Of a DNA stretch of 64,000 nt, positions 26,592-36,252 are shown one piece after another. This DNA is from Eubacteriales bacterium. GTDB lineage: Bacteria > Bacillota > Clostridia > Oscillospirales > CAG-272. Location: NCBI GenBank assembly GCA_045652835.1, contig JAZOLE010000129.1:933-64932 (forward strand), in the 5' to 3' direction. The notes beneath the pieces are model-generated. The model had not been told where the DNA came from, made no database searches, and worked only from the letters and a program-made list of their open reading frames with translations. Position 1 is the stretch's first letter, and each line of letters begins with the position of its first letter. Position numbers and translations under genes: made by a program.

Positions 26592-28040
26592 ATGAAAAAG
26601 ATTTTAACATTGCTTCTTGCATTGCTGATGCTTGGCGCTCTGCTTGCCGGCTGTGCAGAGAGTAGCGACACGCAGACCGAGAACACCACCGCTGCGGACG
26701 AAGAGACCAACGTTCTGGATTTCTTGGATGTTCCCGAAAAGAAATATGACGGCAAGGAATTCATGTTCCTGACCAGAGATGCTTCCGAGTGGACCACGGT
26801 TGACATTTTTGCAGCAGAGCTGACGTCCGACCCCATCAATGACGCAGTTTACCGCAGAAATGACGCCATTCAGACCAAATACGACCTTGTCATCCTTGAG
26901 ACACAAGTACAGGATCCGCTCGCTGCTGTGGAAAAGGACGTTAAGGGTGGCGCGAGCGAGTATGATGCAATCGTGCAAAAGCTGGGCTCTTGCGCAACCA
27001 TTGCTACCAAGGGCTATTTGCAGAACCTGATGGAAGTACCCCATATGAACTTTGACCAGTCTTGGTGGGACCAGAAGGCACTGGAAGGTCTTTCGATCGG
27101 TAACAAGGTTTATTTTGCAACCGGTGACCTGTTGACCAGTGACAACGACGGTACGTTTATCGTTATGTTCAACAAGAGCATTGCAGAGGACAACGGACTT
27201 GAGGATATTTACGAGCTTGTCAACAACAAGCAGTGGACCTTCCAGAAGATGTACGATATGTCCAAGGTTGCGGTCAAGGACCTCAACGGTAATGGCAAGA
27301 TGGAGCACGACCAGGACATTTTGGGTACTGCTACCACCGGTAACTCCGGCTTCTGTATGATGTATGCTGCCGGTGTTGTGATCACCGCAAAGAACGAAAA
27401 TGACGTTCCCGAATACGTATTGGATATTGAGCGTGCAGTTGAGACCATTCCGCTTTCCTACTCTATCATCGGTGACAAGAACATGGCTCTGAGCATGAAC
27501 TCTGCAGGCGGCAGCACCGACGTTGTGGAAAACGGTAAGACCTGCTTTGGTAACGGACATGCGCTGTTCTTCCAGGAGTGCATGCAGTGCGTAATCCGTC
27601 TGCGTAGCTATGACGTAGAGTTCGGCGTTGTTCCCTTCCCGATGTACAACGAGGAGCAGGGCGAATATTATTCGCACATGAACGAGGTAGGCGGTATGGT
27701 ATCCGTTCCCACCAGCATTGTTGGCCAAGATCTGGAGGACATCGGTGCTCTGATCGAGACCATGGCTGCTTACTCGGTTGACACCCTGACCCCTGCTTAC
27801 TATGACATTTCCCTGATCTCCAAGTCCACCAGAGACGAGGAGTCCAGACCTATGATCGATCTGATTCTCGCAAACCGTATTTACGACATTGGTTACGTAT
27901 TTGACGCATCCTGGGGCGGCTACGTCGGCCAGATCGCAAACAAGTACATGGACGGCAAGACCAACGTTGCATCCACCAAGCCCAACAGCTTCAAGAAGCA
28001 GATGGGCAAGACGCTTGCAAAGTTTGATATTGATACCTAA
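26592..28040 (+). CDS. ABC-type extracellular solute-binding lipoprotein (sugar-type), orphan
   Basis: Lipobox LLAGC. GGAGG RBS. 482 aa, SBP-like. Appears monocistronic between a promoter and a terminator. Confidence 0.7.
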   Translation: MKKILTLLLALLMLGALLAGCAESSDTQTENTTAADEETNVLDFLDVPEKKYDGKEFMFLTRDASEWTTVDIFAAELTSDPINDAVYRRNDAIQTKYDLVILETQVQDPLAAVEKDVKGGASEYDAIVQKLGSCATIATKGYLQNLMEVPHMNFDQSWWDQKALEGLSIGNKVYFATGDLLTSDNDGTFIVMFNKSIAEDNGLEDIYELVNNKQWTFQKMYDMSKVAVKDLNGNGKMEHDQDILGTATTGNSGFCMMYAAGVVITAKNENDVPEYVLDIERAVETIPLSYSIIGDKNMALSMNSAGGSTDVVENGKTCFGNGHALFFQECMQCVIRLRSYDVEFGVVPFPMYNEEQGEYYSHMNEVGGMVSVPTSIVGQDLEDIGALIETMAAYSVDTLTPAYYDISLISKSTRDEESRPMIDLILANRIYDIGYVFDASWGGYVGQIANKYMDGKTNVASTKPNSFKKQMGKTLAKFDIDT

Positions 28041-28055
28041 TAAAATCAAAAATAT

Positions 28056-28085
28056 GGGAGCTGCTTTTATGGCAGCTCCCTTTTT
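28056..28085. terminator. bidirectional terminator (SBP gene / recG)
   Basis: GGGAGCTGC-ttttatg-GCAGCTCCC followed by TTTTT. Confidence 0.8.
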
Positions 28086-28086
28086 G

Positions 28087-30225
28087 TTAATTCAAAATAT
28101 CGTGATTGTCCGCATCCGAGAACATTCTGACCACGGCGTCTTTGAGTGCGTCATGCTGCTCTGCAAGTCCCTTGGCAATCACCTCGTCGGCTGCCTCAAA
28201 TGCGCTTGTCAGCAAATCACCGTCCGAGCATTGCGATGCAAGCCTGAACTCCACACCGCCGCTTTGCCTGATCGCGCCTCCCGAGTTTTTGGCAAAGAAG
28301 TCGCCCGGTCCGCGTTGTGCCAGATCCTGCTCGGCAATGGCAAAGCCATCGTAAGTGGTTTTCATGGTATTGAGTCTGCGTTTTGCAGTCTCGCCGATCT
28401 CATGGTCACTCATAGCACCGGCAACCAGCACGCAATATGACTTGCGCTGTCCGCGTCCTACGCGTCCGCGCAGCTGATGCAGCTGGGAAAGTCCAAACCG
28501 CTCGGCATTCTCTACGATCATCAACGTAGCACGCGGCACGTTGACACCAACCTCGATGACCGTGGTTGACACCAGCACGTCGATCTCGCCTGCCGCAAAG
28601 CGATTCATCACCTCATCCTTTTCACGGGGCTTAAGCTTTCCGTGCACAAACGCTACCGAATATCCCTGCAAGCGCTCTGAGAGCTGCTCGGCATACTGCA
28701 CCGCAGCCAAAAGCGGCGGCTTGCTTTCGCGCTCCATGCCAATCTCCTCAAGCAGCAGATCCTCTTCGCTCTCCTGCTCCTCGACCGCGGGGCAAACCAC
28801 ATACACCTGTCCGCCTTGGTCCACGTTTTTGCGAATAAAGGCGTCCAATCTCTCGCGATAGCCTTGATTGACCGCAAAGGTATCCACCCTTTGTCTGCCG
28901 GGCGGCATGGTATCAATACGCGAAACGGCAAGATCACCGTACATCACCAACGCAAGCGAACGCGGAATTGGCGTTGCGCTCATGCAAAGCAGGTGCGCGT
29001 GTGCGTTTTTATCCGAAAGCTTGGCGCGCTGTGCAACGCCAAAGCGGTGCTGCTCATCGGTAATGACAAGTCCCGGAGCGGCAAACTCCACGCCCTCGGA
29101 AAGCAGCGCTTGCGTGCCAATGACCACCTGCACGCGCTTTTCCTCATCCGCCTGGGCAAGAGAGGCATGCACCTTTTTCTTTTGCGCGGGCGTCATTGCT
29201 CCCACTAAAAGTGCGCAGCGTATGCCCATTTTTTCAAACAGCGGTGCAAGATCGGCGTAATGCTGTCTTGCAAGTATTTCGGTAGGCACCATGATCGCTG
29301 CCTGTCTGCCGCTTTGCACGGCAATGACGGCTGCAGCCGCAGCACAAACCGTTTTACCGCAGCCCACGTCACCCACCACCATGCGCGTCATGGCGTACGG
29401 CTTTGCCATATCCTCTTTGATCTCTGCCACCGTGCGCTTTTGCGCGTCTGTCAGCTCGTAAGGCAGCAGCGAAAGAAAGGCGGTCAGATCATTCTTGGTG
29501 CACGCGGGTGCACTGATCAATTCCTTGGTATGCTTTGCGCTGCGCAAGCCCACACCAAACAGGAAAAGCTCCTCGAACATCAGCCTGCGCTTGGCAATCT
29601 CCACGCTTGCAAGATCGGTGGGGGTATGCATGGCACGCAAGGCAAAAATCAGCGTGCACAGCCCTTGGCGAATACGGATCTGCTCGGGAATGGGATCCTC
29701 CAATCCTTTTGCGGCAAGAGAGAGCGCCATTTCCATGTGCTGCCCGATCTGCTTGGAGGAAAGCCCCTCGGTCAGAGGGTAAACGGGATGCAAGGGAGGC
29801 AGCGGCTTTCCCTCTACCACCGGCTCTGCCACGGGCGAGGACATATGATAACGCTTGCCGTCAAATTCCACCTTGCCATAAAAGCGGAATTGGCTGCCCA
29901 CCGGGAACATGCTTTGCACGTAATCCTGATTGATATACACAATCTCGCAATCTCCGCTATCGTCAAAGGCGCGGAACTTGATCAGCGTCATGCCCCTGCG
30001 GATCATAGCGCGACGCGGTTGCGTGGCGACTGTCATGACCACCGCCATTTTGCTCTGTCCGTCGCTCTCGCAAAGTCTTTTGATATTGCCGCGATTTTCA
30101 TACGCACGCGGAAAATGATATAAAAGGTCTCCCACCGTAAGCACGCCAAGCCTTGCGTATGCTGCTTGCTTGGCAGGGCCTATACCGCGCAGCGCCGTGA
30201 TCGGCATATCTCTGACGTCCTGCAT
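28087..30225 (-). CDS. recG: ATP-dependent DNA helicase RecG
   Basis: Wedge domain plus SF2 helicase motifs (GDVGCGKT, DEQHRFG, TATPIPR-like SATPIPR, QLRGRVGRG). Confidence 0.92.
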   Translation of the reverse strand: MQDVRDMPITALRGIGPAKQAAYARLGVLTVGDLLYHFPRAYENRGNIKRLCESDGQSKMAVVMTVATQPRRAMIRRGMTLIKFRAFDDSGDCEIVYINQDYVQSMFPVGSQFRFYGKVEFDGKRYHMSSPVAEPVVEGKPLPPLHPVYPLTEGLSSKQIGQHMEMALSLAAKGLEDPIPEQIRIRQGLCTLIFALRAMHTPTDLASVEIAKRRLMFEELFLFGVGLRSAKHTKELISAPACTKNDLTAFLSLLPYELTDAQKRTVAEIKEDMAKPYAMTRMVVGDVGCGKTVCAAAAAVIAVQSGRQAAIMVPTEILARQHYADLAPLFEKMGIRCALLVGAMTPAQKKKVHASLAQADEEKRVQVVIGTQALLSEGVEFAAPGLVITDEQHRFGVAQRAKLSDKNAHAHLLCMSATPIPRSLALVMYGDLAVSRIDTMPPGRQRVDTFAVNQGYRERLDAFIRKNVDQGGQVYVVCPAVEEQESEEDLLLEEIGMERESKPPLLAAVQYAEQLSERLQGYSVAFVHGKLKPREKDEVMNRFAAGEIDVLVSTTVIEVGVNVPRATLMIVENAERFGLSQLHQLRGRVGRGQRKSYCVLVAGAMSDHEIGETAKRRLNTMKTTYDGFAIAEQDLAQRGPGDFFAKNSGGAIRQSGGVEFRLASQCSDGDLLTSAFEAADEVIAKGLAEQHDALKDAVVRMFSDADNHDILN

Positions 30226-30373
30226 ATCGTTCCCCCTTCCTTTGAATCGTTATCTATATTATAACAGATAAAACACGTACAGTCAAAAAAAAGTTGGTTT
30301 CACCGTGTTCGGGGCGTCGAGGCGTCCCATCTAGAAAAAACCGGAAATCGCCCTGGCGGTTTACGGTAAAGTT

Positions 30374-30628
30374 TTATATATCGTCGCAAAGTCTGTAGCC
30401 TGCGCTCTTGACCTTGCAGATCAGGCGTCTGCCGCCGATCGTCTGCGCCTTTTTATTGATGGCACACACGTGCACCGATACAGTTGCTGCGTTGCCAACG
30501 CCAAGCGTCATCACGTCACAGCTTCTGTTCTCTGTCAAAGCGCGCACAATACGCAGCTCTGTAGGAGTCAGGTGCATGGGATATCCGAGATACGAATAAT
30601 CCTTTTCCAAGGGTTGCAGCGCTTGCAT
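30374..30628 (-). CDS. stand-alone OmpR/PhoB-type winged-helix DNA-binding domain protein (no receiver domain)
   Basis: LTPTELRIVRAL...VSVHVCAINKK...SAGYRL. The ATG at 30626-30628 shares one base with the TGA of the upstream 979-aa gene. Confidence 0.65.
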   Translation of the reverse strand: MQALQPLEKDYSYLGYPMHLTPTELRIVRALTENRSCDVMTLGVGNAATVSVHVCAINKKAQTIGGRRLICKVKSAGYRLCDDI

Positions 30629-33567
30629 CAATCCTTCTTCTTACCAAGCATGATCGCGCCCAGACAAATCATAGCCATCAGCACTGCGCTACTCGCAATT
30701 GCCTTACAGCCTGCCACCTGCTCGGGTTCGGTGGTGATCTCCTCTTCGGATTCGGGTTCGGTTTCAGCATCGGTATCGGGAGTGCTTTCGGGCTCGGTTT
30801 CGGACTCAGCCTCGGTATTATCGGGGGTGTAGTTCTCCTCGCCTGCTGCCTTTTCTGCCAGCGTAATAACGCTTTCGGGCAGAATGTCGGTGCTCACGCC
30901 GGGAATGTAGTTCTGATATACGTAGTTGAGTCTGCCAAGAGGTGCCATATCACCGTCGATATACAGATCAGACATGGAATCCAGCAGCGTGTCACTGTCA
31001 GCCCACTTGAACTGCATGCAAACCTGATTGTAATAGGTCACGCCAATCAGCTCCATGGGAACTGCGATCATCATTTGGTTGCCCTTTACGCGGTAAGAAA
31101 CAGTGCCGCAATCGGTAAAGCCGTATGCGCCGTCCTTGCCCGAATACTTGGCAACGGTGGTGGTGAAGTCCTCGCTTGCATTGTAGTTGACGATGTAATC
31201 GTAGCCGTACCAGCCGGTCTCGGTGCTACCGTCCACGTCAAGGAACAGCTGCATCCAGGAGGTGCCTGCAACGGGCTTGGAAATATCGCTTGCGGTCTGC
31301 ACGTAGAAGTACATGTAGGTGGTATCCTGGGTTACCTTTGCGGAAACGATGTCGTTTCTGCCGGTGGTGTTGGTCATGGTCTGATGACCGAATGCCTTGC
31401 CGTTACGGTCAACGGTATCACCCTCTACGTCATAGTAGGTTACAGCAACGTTATCCCACTGTGCAAAGTCACCGGTGACGTTGATAGGCGTACGGCCGTC
31501 CTGCACGATAATGGGAGCTGCGCCCTTGAGTGCCTGGATGTTGTAAATCATCTGCATGTAGTAGTTATCGAAGTAGTAGTCTGCAATGGTCATTTCCACG
31601 TCGCGGGAGAACTCCAGCGAGGAGGTGTCAACAAACACAATCGAGCCATCATTGGAGGGCTGACGCTGTGCTACCCATTCGTTCCAGCCCGTGACAAGCA
31701 CGTACTTGACGTCCTTGCTCAGTGCTCTGTCAAACTGATACTGGAAGTTAATACCCAGCTTGTAGGAATCGGGAGTCAGCAGGTCGTAGCTGCCGTTGTA
31801 GGATCTGCCGCGGTTGGAGCGGTCACCGTAGAAAGCGGAGTCACTAAAGCGAACCGTGCCTGCATGCTGCGCCATGGATACGCTGATCGCCTCGCCCTTG
31901 CCGTTGTGCTTGAACACGCGCTGCGGCCACTGGAAGTCCATCCAAGGCCAGGAGTTGGACTTGGTAGCCTCATTGGGCCACTGGGGCAGACGGATGCTGA
32001 AGAAATCATCAATGTTGTCGCTTTCCTCTGCAATGATCAAAGGCTTACCGTCTACGTACAGCCAAGTATCGGAATACTCATTCTTGGAGTAGATCTTATT
32101 GTACAGTCTCTTAACCACGTCTTTGCTGCTGGAGTGCGTGTAGAATACGATCTGCGGTGCATCATAGCCCTGCTGGTTCATTTCGTGGCAAACCTGCATG
32201 AGCTTGATAGCGTTATCATAATACTCGTAGCCGTTGGTGACGTCGATATACAGGAAGTCAACGTTTGCATTGGAGAGCAGCTCCATATGCTTACGCATAA
32301 CCCACTGGTCGCTGGAATAGTAGTAGCCGTACAAAGGCTCTGCAAAGTAGTGCATCTGACCCACGGGGCCCCATGCGTTACAGGTCTTGGTATTAAACGC
32401 CTTATCGCCGTACTTTTCCACGATATGCGTCATATCCCATACACCGCTATCCTGGTGCTCACCCATCCACAGGAAGTAGAAGATACCAACGTAGTGCTCG
32501 CCATTCTGACCGTACACGCCAACCGTCTTGGGATCGGAAACGATCTGCTTGTTATTGGTGGTGGTGTACTGCGAATACTGGGTGTAAAGGCTTCTGCCAA
32601 GGTCATCGGTGCCTGCATAGCCACCGAATACGTAGTTGACGTTATTGGGCACGGTGTAGCTGACAGTTTCACCGTTGAGCAGATAGGAGATGGTAACCTC
32701 CTTGCCATCAGCGGATACCGCATACTGTACGCTGCTTGCCTGTGTGTCTACCGAGAAAACAGGGTTTTCGGAGGGAGTGGGGTCTGCCCATTCCACCTGC
32801 TTATTTGCCTCTTCCTCCTCTTGGCGCTTGGATTCTTCCTCAGCCTTGAGCTGCTCCTCGTAAGCAAGGAACTTCTTGTACTCCTCCATATTGAAGGCGT
32901 TTGCATCCTCTTCGGTTGCAAAGAAAGCAATGTAAGCAATATCAATGGTGGTCTTGCCATTTTCAAACGCGCCGTTTGCCATGGGGTCAAGGCGCAGGAT
33001 GTTCAGGTTTGCATTGGAATCGCCCCAAGCGTTGCAATGCACAACAATGGTTTCCCACGCACCGGTTGCATTCCATTCCCAGCTCATGTGCGAGCCGCCA
33101 TGGCCCATTTCCACGCCATCGTTTCTCTGCACGAAAAACTCGCCCTGCGCGGCAAGATCGGTGCGATAAGAGATTACCGCATACTTAGCCTGTACGCCCT
33201 TGATGCCGGGCTTGCCAAGCCAAACGTAGGGGTCGCCACCGTCAATACGGAAGGTATAGTAGCCCTCGTTTTCAATGTGCACGGTATCGTGGCCGTTCTG
33301 AAAATCACTTGCAGCGTCAGAGGAGCTGAAGTCATACAAAAGATTGGGCTTAGAGGTGTTAAAGGTAGGAGCGCCGGATGCCGCATCCGACAGCCAATCA
33401 AAGCTGAGCTTGTTGCCCGTGGTGGCGGTAGAATCAGCGTTTGCCAGATTGGTCAGAGAGGTGATCACGCTCTCGCCACCCGCACTTGCGCGTCCCATTG
33501 CCGCAACGCCTGCCACACAGGCAATACACAGCAACAGTGCCGCTACCAAAAGTACTCTTTTTTTCAT
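30628..33567 (-). CDS. 979-aa secreted protein, putative glycan-active enzyme, with acidic T/E/P linker and C-terminal GC+TM+KKKD tail
   Basis: Signal peptide MKKRVLLVAALLLCIACVAGVAA. FYFLWMGEH..PLYGYYYSSDQW..DFLYIDVTNG core. C-terminus ends ..VAGCKAIASSAVLMAMICLGAIMLGKKKD. The enzyme family is not identified. Confidence 0.6.
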   Translation of the reverse strand: MKKRVLLVAALLLCIACVAGVAAMGRASAGGESVITSLTNLANADSTATTGNKLSFDWLSDAASGAPTFNTSKPNLLYDFSSSDAASDFQNGHDTVHIENEGYYTFRIDGGDPYVWLGKPGIKGVQAKYAVISYRTDLAAQGEFFVQRNDGVEMGHGGSHMSWEWNATGAWETIVVHCNAWGDSNANLNILRLDPMANGAFENGKTTIDIAYIAFFATEEDANAFNMEEYKKFLAYEEQLKAEEESKRQEEEEANKQVEWADPTPSENPVFSVDTQASSVQYAVSADGKEVTISYLLNGETVSYTVPNNVNYVFGGYAGTDDLGRSLYTQYSQYTTTNNKQIVSDPKTVGVYGQNGEHYVGIFYFLWMGEHQDSGVWDMTHIVEKYGDKAFNTKTCNAWGPVGQMHYFAEPLYGYYYSSDQWVMRKHMELLSNANVDFLYIDVTNGYEYYDNAIKLMQVCHEMNQQGYDAPQIVFYTHSSSKDVVKRLYNKIYSKNEYSDTWLYVDGKPLIIAEESDNIDDFFSIRLPQWPNEATKSNSWPWMDFQWPQRVFKHNGKGEAISVSMAQHAGTVRFSDSAFYGDRSNRGRSYNGSYDLLTPDSYKLGINFQYQFDRALSKDVKYVLVTGWNEWVAQRQPSNDGSIVFVDTSSLEFSRDVEMTIADYYFDNYYMQMIYNIQALKGAAPIIVQDGRTPINVTGDFAQWDNVAVTYYDVEGDTVDRNGKAFGHQTMTNTTGRNDIVSAKVTQDTTYMYFYVQTASDISKPVAGTSWMQLFLDVDGSTETGWYGYDYIVNYNASEDFTTTVAKYSGKDGAYGFTDCGTVSYRVKGNQMMIAVPMELIGVTYYNQVCMQFKWADSDTLLDSMSDLYIDGDMAPLGRLNYVYQNYIPGVSTDILPESVITLAEKAAGEENYTPDNTEAESETEPESTPDTDAETEPESEEEITTEPEQVAGCKAIASSAVLMAMICLGAIMLGKKKD

Positions 33568-33627
33568 GTTTCGTTCCTTTCCGAGATATGAAATTCCGAT
33601 GCCGTGGACACCGATATCTTACTTTAT

Positions 33628-33656
33628 ATTATAACAAAACAAACGCCGAAATGCAA
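33628..33656 (-). promoter_or_regulatory. sigma-A promoter of the 979-aa gene
   Basis: The reverse complement reads TTGCAT-17-TATAAT. Overlaps the ATPase terminator hairpin. Confidence 0.55.
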
Positions 33657-33670
33657 TAGCACCTCGGCGT
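33643..33670. terminator. terminator downstream of the P-type ATPase gene
   Basis: ACGCCGA-loop-TCGGCGT with flanking A and T runs. Confidence 0.65.
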
Positions 33671-33696
33671 TTTTGGATACTTGTACAAATTCGCAC

Positions 33697-35646
33697 TTAT
33701 TTTTTTGGAACATATAACGCACGCATGGCGTTAAGCACTGCCAGGATCATGACGCCCACGTCTGCAAAAATGGCAACAATGGGAGGCAGCGTGCCCACAA
33801 AGGGCAAGAGGCTGAGAAGTAACACCACAGCCTTGACGCCAATGGCAAACACAATGTTCTGTCGCACGATGCGCAGCGTTCTGCGTGCAATATCAATGGC
33901 GGTTGCCACCTTGGCAGGGTTATCGTCCATGAGCACCACGTCGGCTGCCTCGATTGCGGCATCCGAGCCAAGCGCACCCATGGCAATGCCCACGTCACCT
34001 CTTGCGAGCACGGGCGCATCATTGATGCCGTCACCCACGTACACGACCTTGCCCTTGGCAGACTTCTCTGCAAGCAGCTGCTCCAGCTTTTCCACCTTGC
34101 CGTCGGGCAGCAGCTCGCTGTACACCTCGTCAATACCTAATGCCGTACCGATCGCCTTGCCAGTGGCAGAGGCGTCACCAGTCAGCATGACCGTCTTTTT
34201 AATGCCCAGCTTACGCAGACGCGCAATGCCACGCGCTGCATCGGGCTTGATCTCGTCGGATACGATGATGTGCCCCTCGTATTCGCCGTCCACCGCCACG
34301 TGCACCACCGTGCCCACCGCGTCACACTCGTGCCACTGTGCACCAATGCTGCGCATGAACTTGCGGTTGCCTACGCAGACCTGCTTGCCGTCGATCATTG
34401 CCTTGATGCCATGCCCTGCGATCTCGCGCACCTCACCAACGCGGCTGTTGTCCACCTCTTTGGCGTACGCTTGCTTGAGCGAGCGCGAAATGGGGTGATC
34501 CGAATAGCTCTCGGCAGTGGCTGCCAAGTCAAGCAGCGCGTGCTCGTCAATCGTTTCGGGATGAATGGCAGTGACCTTGAAGTTACCCTTGGTCAGCGTG
34601 CCTGTCTTGTCATATACAACGGTTTCTGCCTTGGCAAGCGTTTCAAGATAGCTTGAGCCCTTGATCAGAATACCGTGGCGCGACGCACCGCCAATGCCAC
34701 CGAAAAACGACATGGGCACAGAAATGACCAGCGCACAAGGACAGGAAATGATTAAGAAATTGATGGCGCGTAAGATCCACTCGCTCCAAGGGGCGGTATC
34801 AAAGCCGCTGATCAGTCCGATGATCACGGGCGGCAGCACCGCCAAAGCGGCAGCCGAGCACACCACCACGGGGGTATACCAGCGCGCAAAGCGAGTGATA
34901 TACGCCTCGCTCTTGGATTTTTTATCGCCCGAGGTCTCCACCAGCTCCAAAATCTTGGATACCGTGGACTCGCCAAACTCTTTGTCCACACGCACGCGCA
35001 AAACACCGTTCATGTTGATGCAGCCGCTGATGACCGCGTCACCCACCGAAACGTCGCGCGGATTGGACTCGCCCGTCAGCGCAACCGTGTTCAAACTGCT
35101 CGAGCCGTCCACCACAGTGCCGTCCAAGGGCACTTTTTCGCCCGGCTTTACCACGATAATATCGCCAACTGCAACCTCGTCGGGATACACCTCGACAATC
35201 TCACCGTCACGCTCCACGTTTGCGGTGTCGGGGCAAATCTCCATAAGCGAAGCGATTGCGCTGCGGCTCTTGCCGACAGCGATGCTTTGGAACAGCTCAC
35301 CCGTCTGGTACAGCAGCATGACCATGACCGCCTCGAGGTATTCCGGCTCCTGATCGGGGAAAAGACCGATCGAAAGCACGCCCACCGTAGCGATTGCCAT
35401 GAGAAAATTCTCGTCAAACACCTGCCCGTGCAAAATGCCGCGCAGGGCTTTGTACAAAATGTCGTAACCGATGATGAAATACGGTACTAAGTAGCACAAG
35501 GCAGCCGCCCACTCGGGCAAGTGCACGTGTCCGTGGTTTTCCCCGAAATGGCTGTGTCCGCCGATCAATACATGGCAAAGCACAAGCAAAGCAGCCGACA
35601 GGACAATGCGCAAAAGTACCTTTTTTTGACTTTTTTTGAGCTTCAT
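33697..35646 (-). CDS. heavy-metal translocating P1B-type ATPase (Cd/Zn/Co-like)
   Basis: CPC motif (SCPCALVISVP), DKTGTLT, GDGINDAP, His-rich N-terminus. ATG at 35646 is in a TAATG overlap with the upstream HMA gene. Confidence 0.88.
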   Translation of the reverse strand: MKLKKSQKKVLLRIVLSAALLVLCHVLIGGHSHFGENHGHVHLPEWAAALCYLVPYFIIGYDILYKALRGILHGQVFDENFLMAIATVGVLSIGLFPDQEPEYLEAVMVMLLYQTGELFQSIAVGKSRSAIASLMEICPDTANVERDGEIVEVYPDEVAVGDIIVVKPGEKVPLDGTVVDGSSSLNTVALTGESNPRDVSVGDAVISGCINMNGVLRVRVDKEFGESTVSKILELVETSGDKKSKSEAYITRFARWYTPVVVCSAAALAVLPPVIIGLISGFDTAPWSEWILRAINFLIISCPCALVISVPMSFFGGIGGASRHGILIKGSSYLETLAKAETVVYDKTGTLTKGNFKVTAIHPETIDEHALLDLAATAESYSDHPISRSLKQAYAKEVDNSRVGEVREIAGHGIKAMIDGKQVCVGNRKFMRSIGAQWHECDAVGTVVHVAVDGEYEGHIIVSDEIKPDAARGIARLRKLGIKKTVMLTGDASATGKAIGTALGIDEVYSELLPDGKVEKLEQLLAEKSAKGKVVYVGDGINDAPVLARGDVGIAMGALGSDAAIEAADVVLMDDNPAKVATAIDIARRTLRIVRQNIVFAIGVKAVVLLLSLLPFVGTLPPIVAIFADVGVMILAVLNAMRALYVPKK

Positions 35647-35867
35647 TACTTGATAATCACCTTGCAATCGGAATCGACCTTTTTGACAGCCTTGACGATC
35701 TGGGGAATGATCTCCTCAAACTTATCCTCGTCTGCCTCCACGGTCAGTCTCTGCGCCATAAAGCTGACGCTTGCGTAGGTCACGCCCTCGATCTTCTTGA
35801 TTCCCTCTTCCATCTTTGCAGCGCAATGTGCGCAATCGAGGTCTTCCATTTTGAATACTTTTTTCAT
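35646..35867 (-). CDS. heavy-metal-associated (HMA) domain metallochaperone
   Basis: 73 aa with MEDLDCAHCAAKME (CxxC). GGAG RBS before ATG at 35867. The ORF-track extension runs through a repeat. Confidence 0.8.
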   Translation of the reverse strand: MKKVFKMEDLDCAHCAAKMEEGIKKIEGVTYASVSFMAQRLTVEADEDKFEEIIPQIVKAVKKVDSDCKVIIK

Positions 35868-35906
35868 ATCATATCTCCTTTCAAAAGGCATATTTCTCTG
35901 TTTAGC

Positions 35907-35935
35907 ATTATACTCCAAACGGGTGATTTTGTCAA
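35907..35935 (-). promoter_or_regulatory. consensus sigma-A promoter of the HMA/ATPase operon
   Basis: The reverse complement reads TTGACA-17-TATAAT. Confidence 0.7.
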
Positions 35936-35956
35936 GAGAATACCAAAAAACAAATA

Positions 35957-36140
35957 CTCCGAGCGTCATCCTGAGCGAGTGCTGCGAAGCAGCCGAGTCG
36001 AAGTTTTGCGGAATGGAGTTGCAACGCAACGGAATGAAGCAAAACCGCAAGCCATGATACCGGGGACTGTCCCCTGTGTCGTGTCCGCAGGACATGATAC
36101 AGCGGGACTGTCCACCGTGTCGTGGCGTAGCGGGATCTGC
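35957..36140 (+). repeat. family-C repeat, left arm
   Basis: Inverted partner of 36253-36452. Includes a 52-nt block identical in both arms (GGGGACTGTCCCCTGTGTCGTGTCCGCAGGACATGATACAGCGGGACTGTCC). Confidence 0.85.
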
Positions 36141-36182
36141 GATGGATTTTCTCAATGTCTGCTTAGCCTTGGTTACATTTTT

Positions 36183-36213
36183 GTAGCGGACAGTCGAGGA
36201 CGCCTGTCCCTAC
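36183..36213. repeat. REP-like palindrome with GTAG/CTAC at both ends (centre of the family-C palindrome)
   Basis: GTAGCGGACAG-tcgaggacgc-CTGTCCCTAC. Confidence 0.6.
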
Positions 36214-36252
36214 AAGATGTTGTTTGTGCAGGCGGCGTGTCATAAAACGTCA

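Noticed and set aside
35646-36155. 169-aa version of the HMA gene ORF extending upstream.
   Set aside because: The upstream 96 codons run through the promoter and the family-C repeat. ATG at 35867, with its GGAG RBS, gives a standard 73-aa HMA domain.
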